A stretch of DNA of 59,718 nucleotides, filler included, from Catajapyx aquilonaris (lineage: Eukaryota): NCBI GenBank assembly GCA_000934665.2. It is 2 parts of 2 records of this genome, joined end to end, with 100 filler letters (N's around TTAATTAATTAA, not from the genome) between each part and the next. Parts side by side here need not be neighbours in the genome. Positions count along the whole stretch, not along the records: positions 1 to 29,820 come from KZ539204.1; 1 more part is not named here. One strand, given 5' to 3'. How positions within the stretch are numbered: the first letter of the stretch is position 1; each line of letters begins with the position of its first letter. Of this stretch, positions 10,888 through 22,742 are shown piece after piece. Position numbers and translations under genes: made by a program. The notes under the pieces are model-generated. The model was given only the letters and a program-made list of their open reading frames with translations, was not told the DNA's origin and made no database searches.

Positions 10888-12071
10888 ATTTTTTCTGGAG
10901 CATTGGTCAAACACTCGCAGAGAATTCCAGGCGTAACCATGGATCTTAAGAACATTCTTCAATCCTTATTAACCCTTAACTACGTAGGTGGAGCCTGAGA
11001 GGCTCCAACGGTATATTTAAATTTCTGCTTATCAACTAAATTGTTATATTGGACTTTTCACATACAGAAAGTGCAGTTCAGATCATTAGGCTTCCGAAAT
11101 TGTTACCCCCCCCCCCCCCCGGACCCAAAAAATATAGTTCCAATCCGCAATTTTAAGGTGTTAATAAAACGCACATGCGCAAATATTGTAGCTTGTGAGA
11201 GCTTGAACAGCATTAAAAAATTTTGCCTGCGGTGGGCCTCTTCGTTCTTCCCTCACATAGCCCCCCTTACAAATTTCCTGGCTACGTCGCTGATAGGCAG
11301 CCTTGTGCAACATTGTACACTCACTCACTAATCCCTCAAGAATGTGATGACGGAGACAAATCACCTAACTAAAGCACCCTTTGCAGCAGTCACAATGTTG
11401 GCAAAATTATCTTGGCATTGCACCTCTTACTGTTAGTGATACTGAAGAAAAGACATGTCATTTAACTCCACAAAATATTTGGTAACTCTTTGCAAGAAGG
11501 AAATGGTTAACACAACTACACAAGTAATGCCAGTGTCTCTCTCCGCATGTGCTGGTGCGTTGGAGCAGGTGTGTGGATAATTTTAAGCCAAATAATAACT
11601 ATTTACATCCCCTTATGATTTAAAAAACCTTACTGAAATATCCACTCATGTTCGTAATCATATCGTATTAAGGTTTTGATCGTGAATATTGTAATTGATG
11701 CCAGTATATTATTTTCAAGTAATTTTGACTACCATGCTTGTAACATTGATCTTCATTTCAGATGACAGAATCGCTGCACAGCCTGATGACAATCAGCCCT
11801 CGTACACCCAGACGGACAAGAGCAGGTACGATCAACATTGTTGCATTGTCAACTTCCTTGGCCAGTGTTATACTGGTTATCATAAGAGCAGTTTAACTCA
11901 TAGTTCTAGTCTGCATAGAGTAACTCATTAAATAATGCAGTAGCTTATTTAAGTGTAACCTGGACTTTCATATATTCAGTGAATACTTTGATCCAGACGA
12001 TGTTGGGTCCTCCGTTACAAATAACTGCAGCCAACTTCTTCGCTGTCAGTGGTGGACTTCTGACCTCTGTC

Positions 12072-12422
12072 AATTTTTTTTTTTTTTTACGTGACCCCGT
12101 GATAAGGCTGAGCCTTTTTAGGGGGGTGGAATACCACCATTTCACTCCATTTTCATATATTAACTTCATTCACTGGTGCAAGGAGTCGAGGATGTAGGGT
12201 AGGGATAGGGATTTTTGGGGAGGGAACATGAGGTGCAAGTGCAATGTGGGTAAAGGGGTCATGTGCTGTTCCCCAGGAGGTTAGGTTGCCAGACACCTCC
12301 TTGGTACAGGTCAGAGACCCTCCTGATGCAGGTGAAAGGAAAGTTCCTCAGGCGGGGATCGAACCTGGGGCCTTTCACTCAGCAAGCCGAGATGTTACCA
12401 TCTCGGCCATCTACACCTCCCC
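12072..12422 (-). mobile_element. Full-length tRNA-derived SINE (family C) with target-site duplication
   Basis: A-box TGGCCGAGATGG, B-box GGTTCGATCCC and a poly(A) tail. The flanking direct repeat ACCTCTGTC occurs at 12063-12071 and 12423-12431. Confidence 0.85.
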
Positions 12423-12489
12423 ACCTCTGTCTAATATTAATAATGATAATGATGATAATAATAATAATAATTTTAAAAATATAATTTAG

Positions 12490-12734
12490 ACAGTAACATA
12501 TCATTGGCCCAGATGGTAACGAAGGAGGAATCGGAGGAAGGATAAGAAGATGGAAAAGTCACGGTGGAGAAAATCCCATCATGGTTTGATGGTGACTCCA
12601 TTCTCATGGAGGACACCCTGTGTGAGATCAAGCAGGAGGCAGCCAAGGAGGAGGAGGAGATGATAAAGGCCACGTCCACTGCCGTTGAAGATGGAGATGA
12701 CCCAGTAGGAATTGTTTCTAGAAGGATTAGTTTG
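12490..12734 (+). pseudogene. Possible decayed acidic exon (IKQE-type low-complexity linker) with an in-frame stop
   Basis: Bounded by tttag and gtatgt. Translates (D)SNISLAQMVTKEESEEG*EDGKVTVEKIPSWFDGDSILMEDTLCEIKQEAAKEEEEMIKATSTAVEDGDDPVGIVSRRISL, with TAA at 12543-12545. Confidence 0.35.
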
Positions 12735-13199
12735 GTATGTTTAGCCATTGAAATTTCATAACTTCTTTGCTCAGTATATCAAGAGTGTACCGTACATTAT
12801 TGAACACATTGTCATATCTGTTGGAATTTTTCAGTTGTGATTTTTAAATCATTGCACAGTTTCATATGTAGCCTACAGTAATAGCTGGCAAAGTAGTGGT
12901 ACTTGTTCTTCACAGCAGAATTGATGACTGGGATCTTTTTCATGAAACAAAGCATACACAGAAAGTGATCTGTTCAATTTCCACTGGGGAGACGACAACC
13001 CCAAAAGCAGTTTCAAGATCTCGGTCATCAATTCCGCTATTACCCCTCCCCTTAACGTCACATCGTTTTGCAGAATATTCTTCAAGTCTTATACTCTTAT
13101 TATTAGGCAGCTCGGCTTGTACAACATTGTACACGCACTCACTCTTCCCTGAGTGTGTTGGAGAATGTAATCTAGATGGAAGGAGGCGGTGTTCCACTT

Positions 13200-13206
13200 G
13201 TTGTTG

Positions 13207-13275
<69 letters not shown>

Positions 13276-13335
13276 TGTGTTGTTGTTGTCGTCGTTATTG
13301 TTATTATTACTACTACTACTACTACTACTAATACT
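13200..13335. repeat. Compound trinucleotide microsatellite (ATT)n/(GTT)n/(ACT)n
   Basis: Seen directly. It accounts for the poly-L and poly-I ORFs. Another (ATT)n tract lies at about 16288-16337. Confidence 0.95.
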
Positions 13336-13726
13336 ACTTCTGTATTACTTCACATAAAGCGGCATGCCAGTATGAAACGAGGTTGACCAGGGTGGCGGTA
13401 TAACCCAGGAGTGGCTGGCATGCCGCAATAACCGAGGTTGATTTCCATCTTTTTGATTCTTGGCATTTCCTAAAAATGCACCTGGTGCCATGCTAAAATA
13501 ATGTTACGGTGAAGGAGGGGTGAGTGTACAGGGCTGTGAGAATATGCAAGTTCTATTGCACAGTGCAATCCCATCATCAGCCTGCTTTGAAAGGGAAACC
13601 CCCTACTCTATTATAAAGGATCAAGTCAAACTCCTTCAATTTTCGATTTGCTCAATAGTGTGCTGGTGGAAGGTTTCACTGGTTCTAGACTTCAGGCACA
13701 CTGCTAGGCAGTTAATAATAACATCA

Positions 13727-14068
13727 GGGGAGGCGGAGAGGTGCTGCGGTAAGGTATGCCCCCACGGATGTTAAGGTCCCGGGTTCGATGCCAACCCGGG
13801 GACACCCTTCATCTCGTGCAGAGTTCAGGGTCACCTCTGGCTTCGTCTCAGGTGGTATTTCCATAGACTAAACCACCCCGGGGAGTTCACTAAAAATGGC
13901 CACAGCGTCAGATGCACTGCAGCTTGCACATCCCCTCCTGTCATCCTGCCCATGGGCCTGGGCGTTTCAATTAGTAGGTTCCAATGTATAATAGTACAAT
14001 AAAGGTCCCGTGTGATATACCCCGACCGGGGGTGAAAGCACTTACCCAGGATTATTATTATAATTGAT

Positions 14069-14101
<33 letters not shown>
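13727..14101 (+). mobile_element. tRNA-derived SINE (family B), near full length
   Basis: B-box-like GGTTCGATGCC, homology to 1694-1995, a (TAA)n tail, and TSD-like TAATAATAA(C/T)ATC on both flanks. Confidence 0.8.
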
Positions 14102-14102
<1 letters not shown>

Positions 14103-14303
14103 TCCGTAATATTAACAAGTGAAAGAGTTAATTTCAAAAAATCGTATTTCCCAAAAAATCAGCAGTGGGGGATAGCGAAAGTAACAATTAAGTCCTCAAG
14201 TGCTCACCATACTCTATTACACTCCACTGTAAGTACAAATTATTTCCAGACACTGTCATTAAAAACTATAAGGTATTATATATTCGGAAAATGTAGCCTT
14301 TAA

Positions 14304-15173
14304 CCTCATCCTGAGACCTGGTGTCGACATATTGTCGACATCAGCAAAATATTTTTTTGGTGCCAACTAGTACTGTAATATGTTGGTATCCCATGGTTAC
14401 AATCTGGCCTCAATAGCTGTAGCCACCTAGCGTCGAATATCTGACTTGGGCCGCGAAAATTAAATCGCGGATAAAATGGCGGATTCCGCTGCTGAAGCTA
14501 GGCGCTCATCTGATCAGTTTTATTTTTTTACTCATATTTAGAATGCGATTTTCGCAATGCAGTGAATGTCCTGGGATTCGCAAGGAATGTGTATTAGGAA
14601 ATGCGAAAAGCTGTGTCTGTGACAATCTTTGTTGCTGTAGAGAACTGGTAATTTTCTTTTCTTCCTGAGACCAAATGCCCATTTAAATGGGCATCCGAAA
14701 AAAGTTTTTTTTTAAGCTGAATGGGTGTGACTTTTCTTTAAGTGTAAGAAGTGCGCTTTTCACTATGCAGTTCAGGTTTAAAATCTAGAATTGCAAGGTA
14801 CCACTCTAGCGGGTAAGAAGGGAAGGAGCAAGCCCATCCCTGGAGTGGTGGCGTTCAAAAATAATTTCGTTTATCTTTAATTGTCTTCTGAGAGGAATTA
14901 CTACCACGAATTCCACAAATGAATTTAAAAAACATTGTTTGGAGGATAGAGCACTATGTGAGTGATCCATTAAGTGGTATTTCAATTTTCAGCTTTCATC
15001 TGTTCTGCTTTTGTAGCACCAATTGGGTCCTAATGTTCTCATTGGTTGTTTGTCACCATTTTTGTCGATATTTTAAAACTAAAGTTTCTTTCTCGTTTCT
15101 TATTGGGAACATGTTCAGAAAATGCAATAGGAACTGACACTGCGTTAAAAAATTCTTCTCAGGTCTCAGGATG
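14304..15173. mobile_element. piggyBac-type non-autonomous element (second family)
   Basis: TTAA|CCTCATCCTGAGACCTG ... CAGGTCTCAGGATG|TTAA. Confidence 0.75.
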
Positions 15174-15253
15174 TTAAGCGGATTTAAGTTTTCAGGCAAA
15201 TATCAAGATCGGAAAGGATAATGTAAGTGAAAACCTTGCCTTATACTGACATA

Positions 15254-16203
15254 CAGGGGTTGGACAGAATAATGGGGGGGAGGGCCCTGCCAAAAGCGTG
15301 TGAATTTTCTCCTCCATTGTACTGGGAAACTGGAAAAGTTACAGAGATCACTTTTGCTGATTTTTGAAGCTCTGTCGTTGTACATTTACAGACATGAAGA
15401 TAACACAGAAATCACAAGAGGAGGGGGAGAAACAAAAGACTAACGACACCCCCCTCCCCACACACACACACCACATTTTTGACCAGAGTGTCCCACCCTT
15501 TACATATGAAAATGAAAATAGTTACAGATATGAAGTTGATGACTGGATTTTGAAGTTCTATTGATGTTACTTTATTTAGTATAGAGATGGACCAAAATTA
15601 CTGACATGGGGTGGGGGAAAAAATAGAAACGACACCCCCCTTCCCTGGCACTAAATCTGAGAAGAGGTTGGACAAAATAACGTAGGCTACAGTAAGTTTG
15701 GGTCGATTTTGGTCCTACTGCTAGTTTACTACCAACTTAGTAGTACCATACCTAGGTATTTGGCACTGGTACTGCTAAGTTAGCATTAACTAGCAGTGGG
15801 ATGCAAAATTTTCATTGTTTACATTCAAGCAGTGCCAGGGAAGGAACCTAACCACCACCACACCCCCCCCCCTCCCCCCGGTCTGTAATTTTGGATTCTC
15901 TCTATACCACACAAAGTGAATCTTCAAATTCCAGTAAAGTTCATCTCTGTGACTATTTTCATTTTCAAATGAAAAGGGTGGGACACACTGGTCAAAAATG
16001 GGGTCTGGGGGGGTGTCTTTAGTCTTTTGTTTCTCCCCCTCCTCTGGTGATTTTTGTGTCATCTTCATGTCTGTAAATCTACATCGACAGAGCTTAAAAA
16101 ATCAGTAAAAGCCATCTCTGTAACTTTTCCAGGTTTTGATTACAATGGAGGAGAAAATTCACCTGCTTTTTGCAGGGGCCCTCGTTATTTTGTCCAACCC
16201 CTG
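15254..16203. mobile_element. Tc1-family non-autonomous element with ~400-bp TIRs
   Basis: TA|CAGGGGTTGGACA ... TGTCCAACCCCTG|TA. The arms 15254-15650 and about 15830-16203 are long imperfect reverse complements. An inner repeat GGTTGGACAAAATAA lies at about 15666. Confidence 0.9.
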
Positions 16204-16285
16204 TACCTGTATAGCCACCAGATCATGCATTTCTAAAAACTGGTCGACATCGACTACACTGGCATGCCATTTTGGGAGGTAATGC

Positions 16286-16337
<52 letters not shown>

Positions 16338-16441
16338 GCGTTTTAAAATGAAAAGCCTATAAACCAGGTAAGTCCACTTACCTGGTTATTGCTTCAATTG
16401 TCATAACGGGCCTGCAAATAAGATTCACGAGTACTTTTTCC

Positions 16442-17273
16442 TAGGGCTGTGCGGTTAACCGGTTAATTTTTAGGTTATTGCATTAACCGGTTAGCCGGTT
16501 AACGCTGGAACCGTGCCGTGGGGTCTTTATGGACCCCAAGGAATTAAAATGCATTAAAATGATAATTACAATGAACTTTTGCCATTTTTTAAGTTTATAA
16601 CAGGAAGTGCATGTTTATTTTGAATTAGCGATCATTTTAGGCATTGTTCAAAGAATGATTGTATATAGTCAATACACTGAAAAGTATTATATAAAAATGA
16701 ATTAAAATTAAAATATGGATGGGGTCTTTTCAGACCCCACGGCACGGTTGCCGTAACTCTCAGGCATGGCACGGTTCCTGGGTTAATTTTTAATGAAATA
16801 ACCGGTTATTGCACTAATCCGTTTGTCCGATTAACCGTTAATGGGTATCGGTGATCGAATTTCAGAATTACCGGTATATTACCATCGAAGGAGCGAGGTG
16901 GTAGGTACTGTGGTGTGGGCGGACAGTGAGGGTGAAGCGGGCTACACATGTTGCAAGTTACTCGACCGAGTAGGGGATTACCCATTTACTCTTGCGCAGT
17001 AGCCTACTCGCCCTCCAACTCGCCCTGTGAATAGGTGGGATCGTGGGAAACTGATTCGGAAGGCGAGTGAGCATGCGCATAGTAGGCTACTCTCCCGCCT
17101 GCTCGGCGAGTTACTGGCTATGTCTGTTACACACTTGCTCTGATCTCGTGTGTTATTTACCAATTCTCCTATGAAAATAACCAGTTATTCTCAAATAACT
17201 GCTAACCGGTTATAACCGAGGTTATTTCAATAACCGATAACCGGTTTCCAAATTCAATAACCGCACAGCCCTA
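16442..17273. mobile_element. hAT-type non-autonomous element
   Basis: TIRs TAGGGCTGTGCGGTTA / TAACCGCACAGCCCTA, a perfect 8-bp TSD CTTTTTCC (16434-16441, 17274-17281), and many subterminal TAACCG motifs. Confidence 0.93.
16503..16782. mobile_element. piggyBac-type MITE nested in the hAT element, inverted relative to 8408-8689
   Basis: TTAA at 16499-16502 and 16783-16786. The sequence is the reverse complement of the 8408-8689 copy. Confidence 0.92.
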
Positions 17274-17702
17274 CTTTTTCCAGCTTGAATTCATCAAAAC
17301 AGTGTACCACACTAATTCGTCTCAGCTCTTGGAGCCGGGTAAGAGGGAAGGCCACCATAAAATTAATAAGTGAAAGGTAATCAAAAATGTTAGATGGGTA
17401 ACCAATCGTGTCTTTCACCTTTGATAACGCACTAATAAGAGTTCTTCCAATAAAATAAAAGCGCAGGAAACTGCGTTTTTATTTTATTTATTATTATTGT
17501 TGTTGTCGTCGTCGTCGTCATTATAATAATTATCCTCCTTTAGCAGTCCGAATCGCGATGCATTTTTCCGCTTCTGTTTATTTATTTCCATCTGGCATGA
17601 CATACTGAGTGATCCTTTGATCATCAAGGACCATACATGTCATACCGGTACTCTACAGGTGTAATATGGGTAATATTATATCACTAGCACTCTGGTACAG
17701 TA

Positions 17703-17846
17703 CTATCGGGCTCAAATACTTTTGGCCACTTTATCCTGGTCTTGAAGCAACCCTTTGCACAGACCCCATGTTAAGGAGGTGTGTGTGTGTGTGAAAGGTT
17801 GCTTCAAGGCCAAGATAAAGTGGCCAAAAGTATTTGAACTCAATAG
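17703..17846. mobile_element. Tc1/mariner-like MITE, intact, with a central (GT)n
   Basis: TA target-site duplications and ~55-bp imperfect TIRs CTATCGGGCTCAAATACTTTTGGCCACTTTATCCTGGTCTTGAAGCAACCCTT. Confidence 0.88.
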
Positions 17847-17922
17847 TACCTCCGCGAGCATAAAGATAGAGACGGCAGGCCCTTTTTTGACCTTTCTTTA
17901 TCCGACTCAAATTAATGAACTA

Positions 17923-18236
17923 CTAGCAGGTTACCCGGCGTTGCCCGGGTAAGTTATGGTGGTAGGCCTACAATGTAATGAGGGCATTACCATGGAAATC
18001 TATGAATATTGTTAAATAGGTAATTGGCAATTGGTTAATTGGGAATATGCGTGTTATGGGTGTTAGGTACATTTTCGGAAGCTGAAACATGCGGCATTAA
18101 ATTCCTTGAAAAATGTAACTCCCGATATGCTAATTTAAGGCGGTGTAGGGGCCTTCCCCCGGATTTCTATAAGGGACAAACAAACTGACAAATTGACAAA
18201 TAAACTGACAAACTTCCTTATTTATAGAGATAGAGA
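17923..18236 (-). mobile_element. Non-autonomous Helitron-like element
   Basis: Minus strand A|TC...CTAG|T termini, a GC-rich subterminal hairpin CCCGGGCAACGCCGGG just before CTAG, and ACAA-type tandem units near the 5' end. Confidence 0.75.
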
Positions 18237-18920
18237 TTTTGGACCGAGTTAGCTGCTTCAGGCGTGTGTTCATGTATTTATGACAGTATATTTGATACTG
18301 TAATTGCTGAGATTGGCAGAGCAGCCTGCCGAAGGTGAGGGCCTGCCGTCTTCATCTTTATGCTCGCGGGTGTACATACCATGAAAAGAGGTGGAAGGTG
18401 TAATATATTCATGAATGGAATAATAATAATAAATATCCTTTTTCCCATGCAGGAATGTTATGGCATGTGTGTGATGCAGATGGTCAAATAAAGAGATAAG
18501 TGACATAACCAAAGTGTAAGTTACACCTGATTATGAATGAGGTTAACACTTTAGTGTCATCTGACCAATCTGGTTCCTGACAATGTCTTCATAGGACTTC
18601 TGATTATGCCTTAACTAATCTACAATATTCTTATACAGTACTTATTGCATTTGAGTGACTTTGGATGTAAGAGCTGGTTTTGTACAATGCTCTTTTTATA
18701 TGCTTGATAGTTGATGAATAACATGCAACAAATGGAGAGCAGGCAAGAGTCAGAACATGTATGCACTGTACCTTTGTTATTTGCTATGAATTTGAAGAAC
18801 TTGGACGTTGTAATAAGTGTGGGTAGCGTCTAATACCCTGTATAAACTGCATTATAAGGAACAGAGGAACATGAGAAAAGAACATTAACAGACACGGCAC
18901 ACCACTGTCATATAAAATTG

Positions 18921-18926
18921 TTTAAT
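18921..18926 (-). promoter_or_regulatory. Candidate polyadenylation signal (ATTAAA) of qvr
   Basis: ATTAAA on the minus strand, followed about 20 nt later by a GU/U-rich tract. It lies near the boundary of the transposon-free region downstream of the qvr stop. Confidence 0.35.
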
Positions 18927-21900
18927 CTTGTATGGATCTGAACGGAATTAATGGTGAGATACAAACTGTATACTTTTACACAAACATTTGCAGTGTTAAG
19001 TGATGTGGGTCCTTCAACAACACTGTGTCTGGGAGGAAATCACTCAAGCAGTTGGAAGCACAAACTAAACTGGCAGTGTCACATACACTCTAGAGTAACA
19101 CACCAGATGAGAAAAAAGTGAGTCCCGCAAATAATGAGCTGAAATGTGAGTGAAAATATTCTACATAACTTTCTTGACACGACCTTGTAACACTGCATGG
19201 TATTCGTGTACAGAAAGTATGGGATCCATATAACCTGAGTGCATCTAAATTCGGAATAACTGATAATTCGTAAACAGCAAGAAATCTCTGACACTCCTGT
19301 GTCTCACTCTGTAACCCTTTCTCACTTTCCCCGCACTTGGGTGCGAAACCAATGGTGACCTACATGTCATATAAAATACATTATTTACACATGTCGACAC
19401 TCCATCCTTCCCCCGTCTTGACGAGAGTCTCTGTACATGATGTCTACACTGTTATGTACACGAAAGTAATAATTATTTGCGACAGGTTGACATCTTTTCA
19501 TTGGAGTCTCGCAGGCTGCTGAAATCAAGTGACATTATTGATAAAATAGCTCTGGACACGCAGGTCACATAATCTGTGTGAATCGCTGGAGAGGAAAAAG
19601 ACCTGGAGAAATATCTGAATTATTGTACCACCCTTGGTTTGGAGAGCCAGACTACCTACAATATGTAGTAATGTGACCTTGAAGAGCAAGTGCACACGGT
19701 TTGGACACGCATTATTGCAGTAGCTTGCCATGAACAGCCAAAGTGGCAGTTCGACACGTACGGTGCACTAGGAAACGAGGGTTTGTCCACAAGTTGAACA
19801 TGAATTTTTGACATGACTGATATAAGCATAATCTCAGTTATTTTGCATACTGCTGAGCGTTGTAATGCCCACCAAATAATGAACTCAGTGACAGAAAGGA
19901 AAACTCGCTGGGGACGTGACACAGAAAAGAACGAAATAACCATCACATTGATGATGTTAGTTCCATTCAGTAGTTTAGCAATAAAACTTGAGAGAGAAAT
20001 GGAAAGAATCACTGAAAGCACTGTCACTTTTCCAAACCCAGCCAGCCAATGAACCAACCAACGCACATGCTCACTCGATGGTCTGCACCCTGCAAGAAGT
20101 TGGTTCTTGGGTTGCAGCTGCTTCTGCTGATGCGGCTGCTTTGCCAAGTCCCATCATCTATGCCCTCTTCATGATAAGTCTTGGTCTCGAGCGCCAGGTA
20201 ATTGGGAAAGAGGGTAGGTAGTGACAGAGCAACACCCGTTCAAATCGTGTACGAGCGAGAGAGAGAGGGAAAAAGAGAGGGATAATTAGGAATTGTTTCC
20301 ACTGGAGGATGACGCATGCATTGCGGAAAATTCTCGTAAAAGGTCACACGACCCTTTCGCATCTTAACCTTCGAGTTCAAACCCCCCATCTGGGAAGGTA
20401 ACGACCGAAAGGCTGTGCAACAGAGGATGACAACAAACAGCCGACCAAACTCTGTTTTCACTTGATGGAAGCTTGTTCCAAGAAGCGTAGGATAGAGGGC
20501 TGGTTGTTTGTCTCCAGTAAGTGCAACACGACTCGATTCAGCGTTATAAAAACCCGGAAACCGAACCAAGTGACGTTGCCTAAATACTGGAGGCGTCGCC
20601 CTTTGCTGCGGCAAGCTCATCCTTGTCCTAGCAGGATTGGAAGAGGATACTGCTCGAGATGGTTGCAACTTAACGAGAAACTCAAGCCAAGGTTCAAAAC
20701 GGAACGCATGGTATACATTCCCATTAAGGTCAGCAGCACTCTACATCCCTTCTACTACCAAGTCTCTCAGAAAAATAGTGTGTCAAGTCTACAGTGTCAT
20801 ACTTGACGCGAGGTTTAGAATCGTGCGTGCTAAGATCACTGCAGTGTTTTTCACGCTGTTTTCTCTGTCAGACCAGTTCTCTGCCCCAGTGTTGTCAGTT
20901 GCCTTAGTTATATCACATGCATTTCAGGGTGTGAAAAACACTTCAGTACGTCTACCTACTGCACCATGCTTGTTGTCTAAAAGTTAAGTCAACTTGCAAA
21001 AAAAGAAAATGTCCATGCATAAGATTCTACGGAACCGAGAAAGTGCTGCTTTGACCATGGCTCGCTGCAACGTTCCATCTTGAATTCAAGTGGTTATTTA
21101 TAATAATATTATGATGTATTATGCACACACATTATGGGCCGGGTCAGCATGGATGTGGCTCAAGAGGGAAAATTTGGCGCAAGGTACCATGCCAACCAAG
21201 CGGTCCAACACAACAGACCAATTTTTTTTTTCAATGTCAGTGTACAATAAAGGACGCATACAATAATAATTTTCAAAGTGTTGACATGGCACAATCCCCA
21301 GCGGCTTACTCTTTGTGCTTCGTTCGCCAAAGGAAAAAGGAGGGACAATAACAAAATATTGAGCGTGGAACACTTCGTCAAATGCAGCACTCGGAAATCC
21401 AACAGGAGTGAAAAAAAATACCTACATGACTACAGCACTATGTCGGTGTATGGTGAGCAAGCATAAAACCCAATAGTGTGTATAAACATGGCTCAGCGAT
21501 TCTTTAAAGTTTCTCATATCCATCATCTCATTTGTTGAGCAACCCTTGGGCTGGATATAAGCCACTTCAGAGCATTGCTGGGTGCATCGGAAATATATAT
21601 GGTAGCCTCAAGGCAAAGTGCAATGCAAGAAATGAACGCATTCCCGATGCAGAGCTCCGGCTTATTTCCAAGGCAGCTCTCGTCCCAAAACCAACTTGGA
21701 GTGTCGTGTAAAGGAGAAAATCGGTTATCACTTACGTTATTCAGTTTTCAACGTGGAAGAAAGCACGCTCTAGTGAGCGCGAGACTCATTCTCGAGAAAA
21801 AAGTTGAGGCGGGATGATGGGGGACTTTGAGTGACTCACAGTTGCATTGTTGTCATTCTTGTCGTCGGCGACCCAAATTTGAAACTGCACTGAAAACAAG

Positions 21901-22146
21901 GTAGTTTTGCGATGGTCTGACTGCCCCCTACCCTCCCTCCCACCCACCTTGCGGGGGGTTCAGTTGTAAAAGGGTTTGGAAAAAGAGGTGTGTAATGTGC
22001 GAAAACATAGTCTACGTACAACTTCCCCAACCCCAGAGCACCCACCCACCCTTTCCCCTCCCCCCAGCAGGCCAGCACAAACCTTGCATGCTGCAGTAGT
22101 ACAGTAGTAGACGACTGGAGAGCGGAAAAAGAGATTCTGTCCTAGC

Positions 22147-22364
22147 CTATCGTGATCGGCAACTCAACATGCACAGGAGCAGCGTCAATGGCAGCAATAA
22201 GAACAAAGGATGGGTGGCAGGAGGCAGTGGTGCAGAGTTGCACATATCCTCCTCACAAAAGCACATGTGACCCTTGCCGTTACTTTCCAACATGCACACG
22301 TGATCCACCATGAAGAGGTTGATCTGGATGTTGGCGGTGCAGGTTCGGCGGATATTTTCATAAG
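22147..22364 (-). CDS. qvr: Protein quiver/sleepless (Ly6/uPAR, GPI-anchored), last coding exon
   Basis: Acceptor ttttcag. Encodes (P)[43 protein letters not shown] plus a hydrophobic GPI-signal tail and stop. [12 protein letters not shown] and [13 protein letters not shown] match Drosophila Qvr/Sss as I recall it. Confidence 0.95.
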
Positions 22365-22595
22365 CTGAAAAGGAAAGAACAAGACAAAAGTCACAAGTCG
22401 GGTTCCCTTCAGTTGACAAATACCTACCTAACCCTTTCTGTACTGTACAAATATTTTAGCAAAGCCTAAAGATATTCTCAAAGAATTGACATGTACAGGC
22501 AAGAATAGATATCTAAAATCATCAGCTGTCTTCATTTGCCTGTAACAAAAGTCTGTATCGGGCTGGTCAACACTGGAGGACCAAGTAATGCTTAC

Positions 22596-22742
22596 GCAAG
22601 CCGATATCTTGCACCATCTTGACGCAGCAACCGTTACAGGCCAGAAGAGGCGGCTGGTCCTTGGGAAGTGCGGTGTAGTTGAAGGGGTCCTTGCACCTGG
22701 TATCAGACAAGCTCTCGCACTCGTAGCAGTACACGGTGCGAG
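22596..22742 (-). CDS. qvr: Protein quiver/sleepless, middle coding exon
   Basis: catttcag acceptor and gtaagc donor, 147 nt, phase 1-1. Encodes (T)[48 protein letters not shown]. Confidence 0.95.

Noticed and set aside
12340..12422. tRNA gene (also about 990-1060 and 13730-13800)
   Set aside because: The A/B boxes continue into long bodies with A-rich tails and TSDs, so these are SINE heads.
12896..14303. ORFs with poly-Leu or poly-Ile 'transmembrane' runs
   Set aside because: They are translations of (ATT)n/(TAA)n microsatellites.
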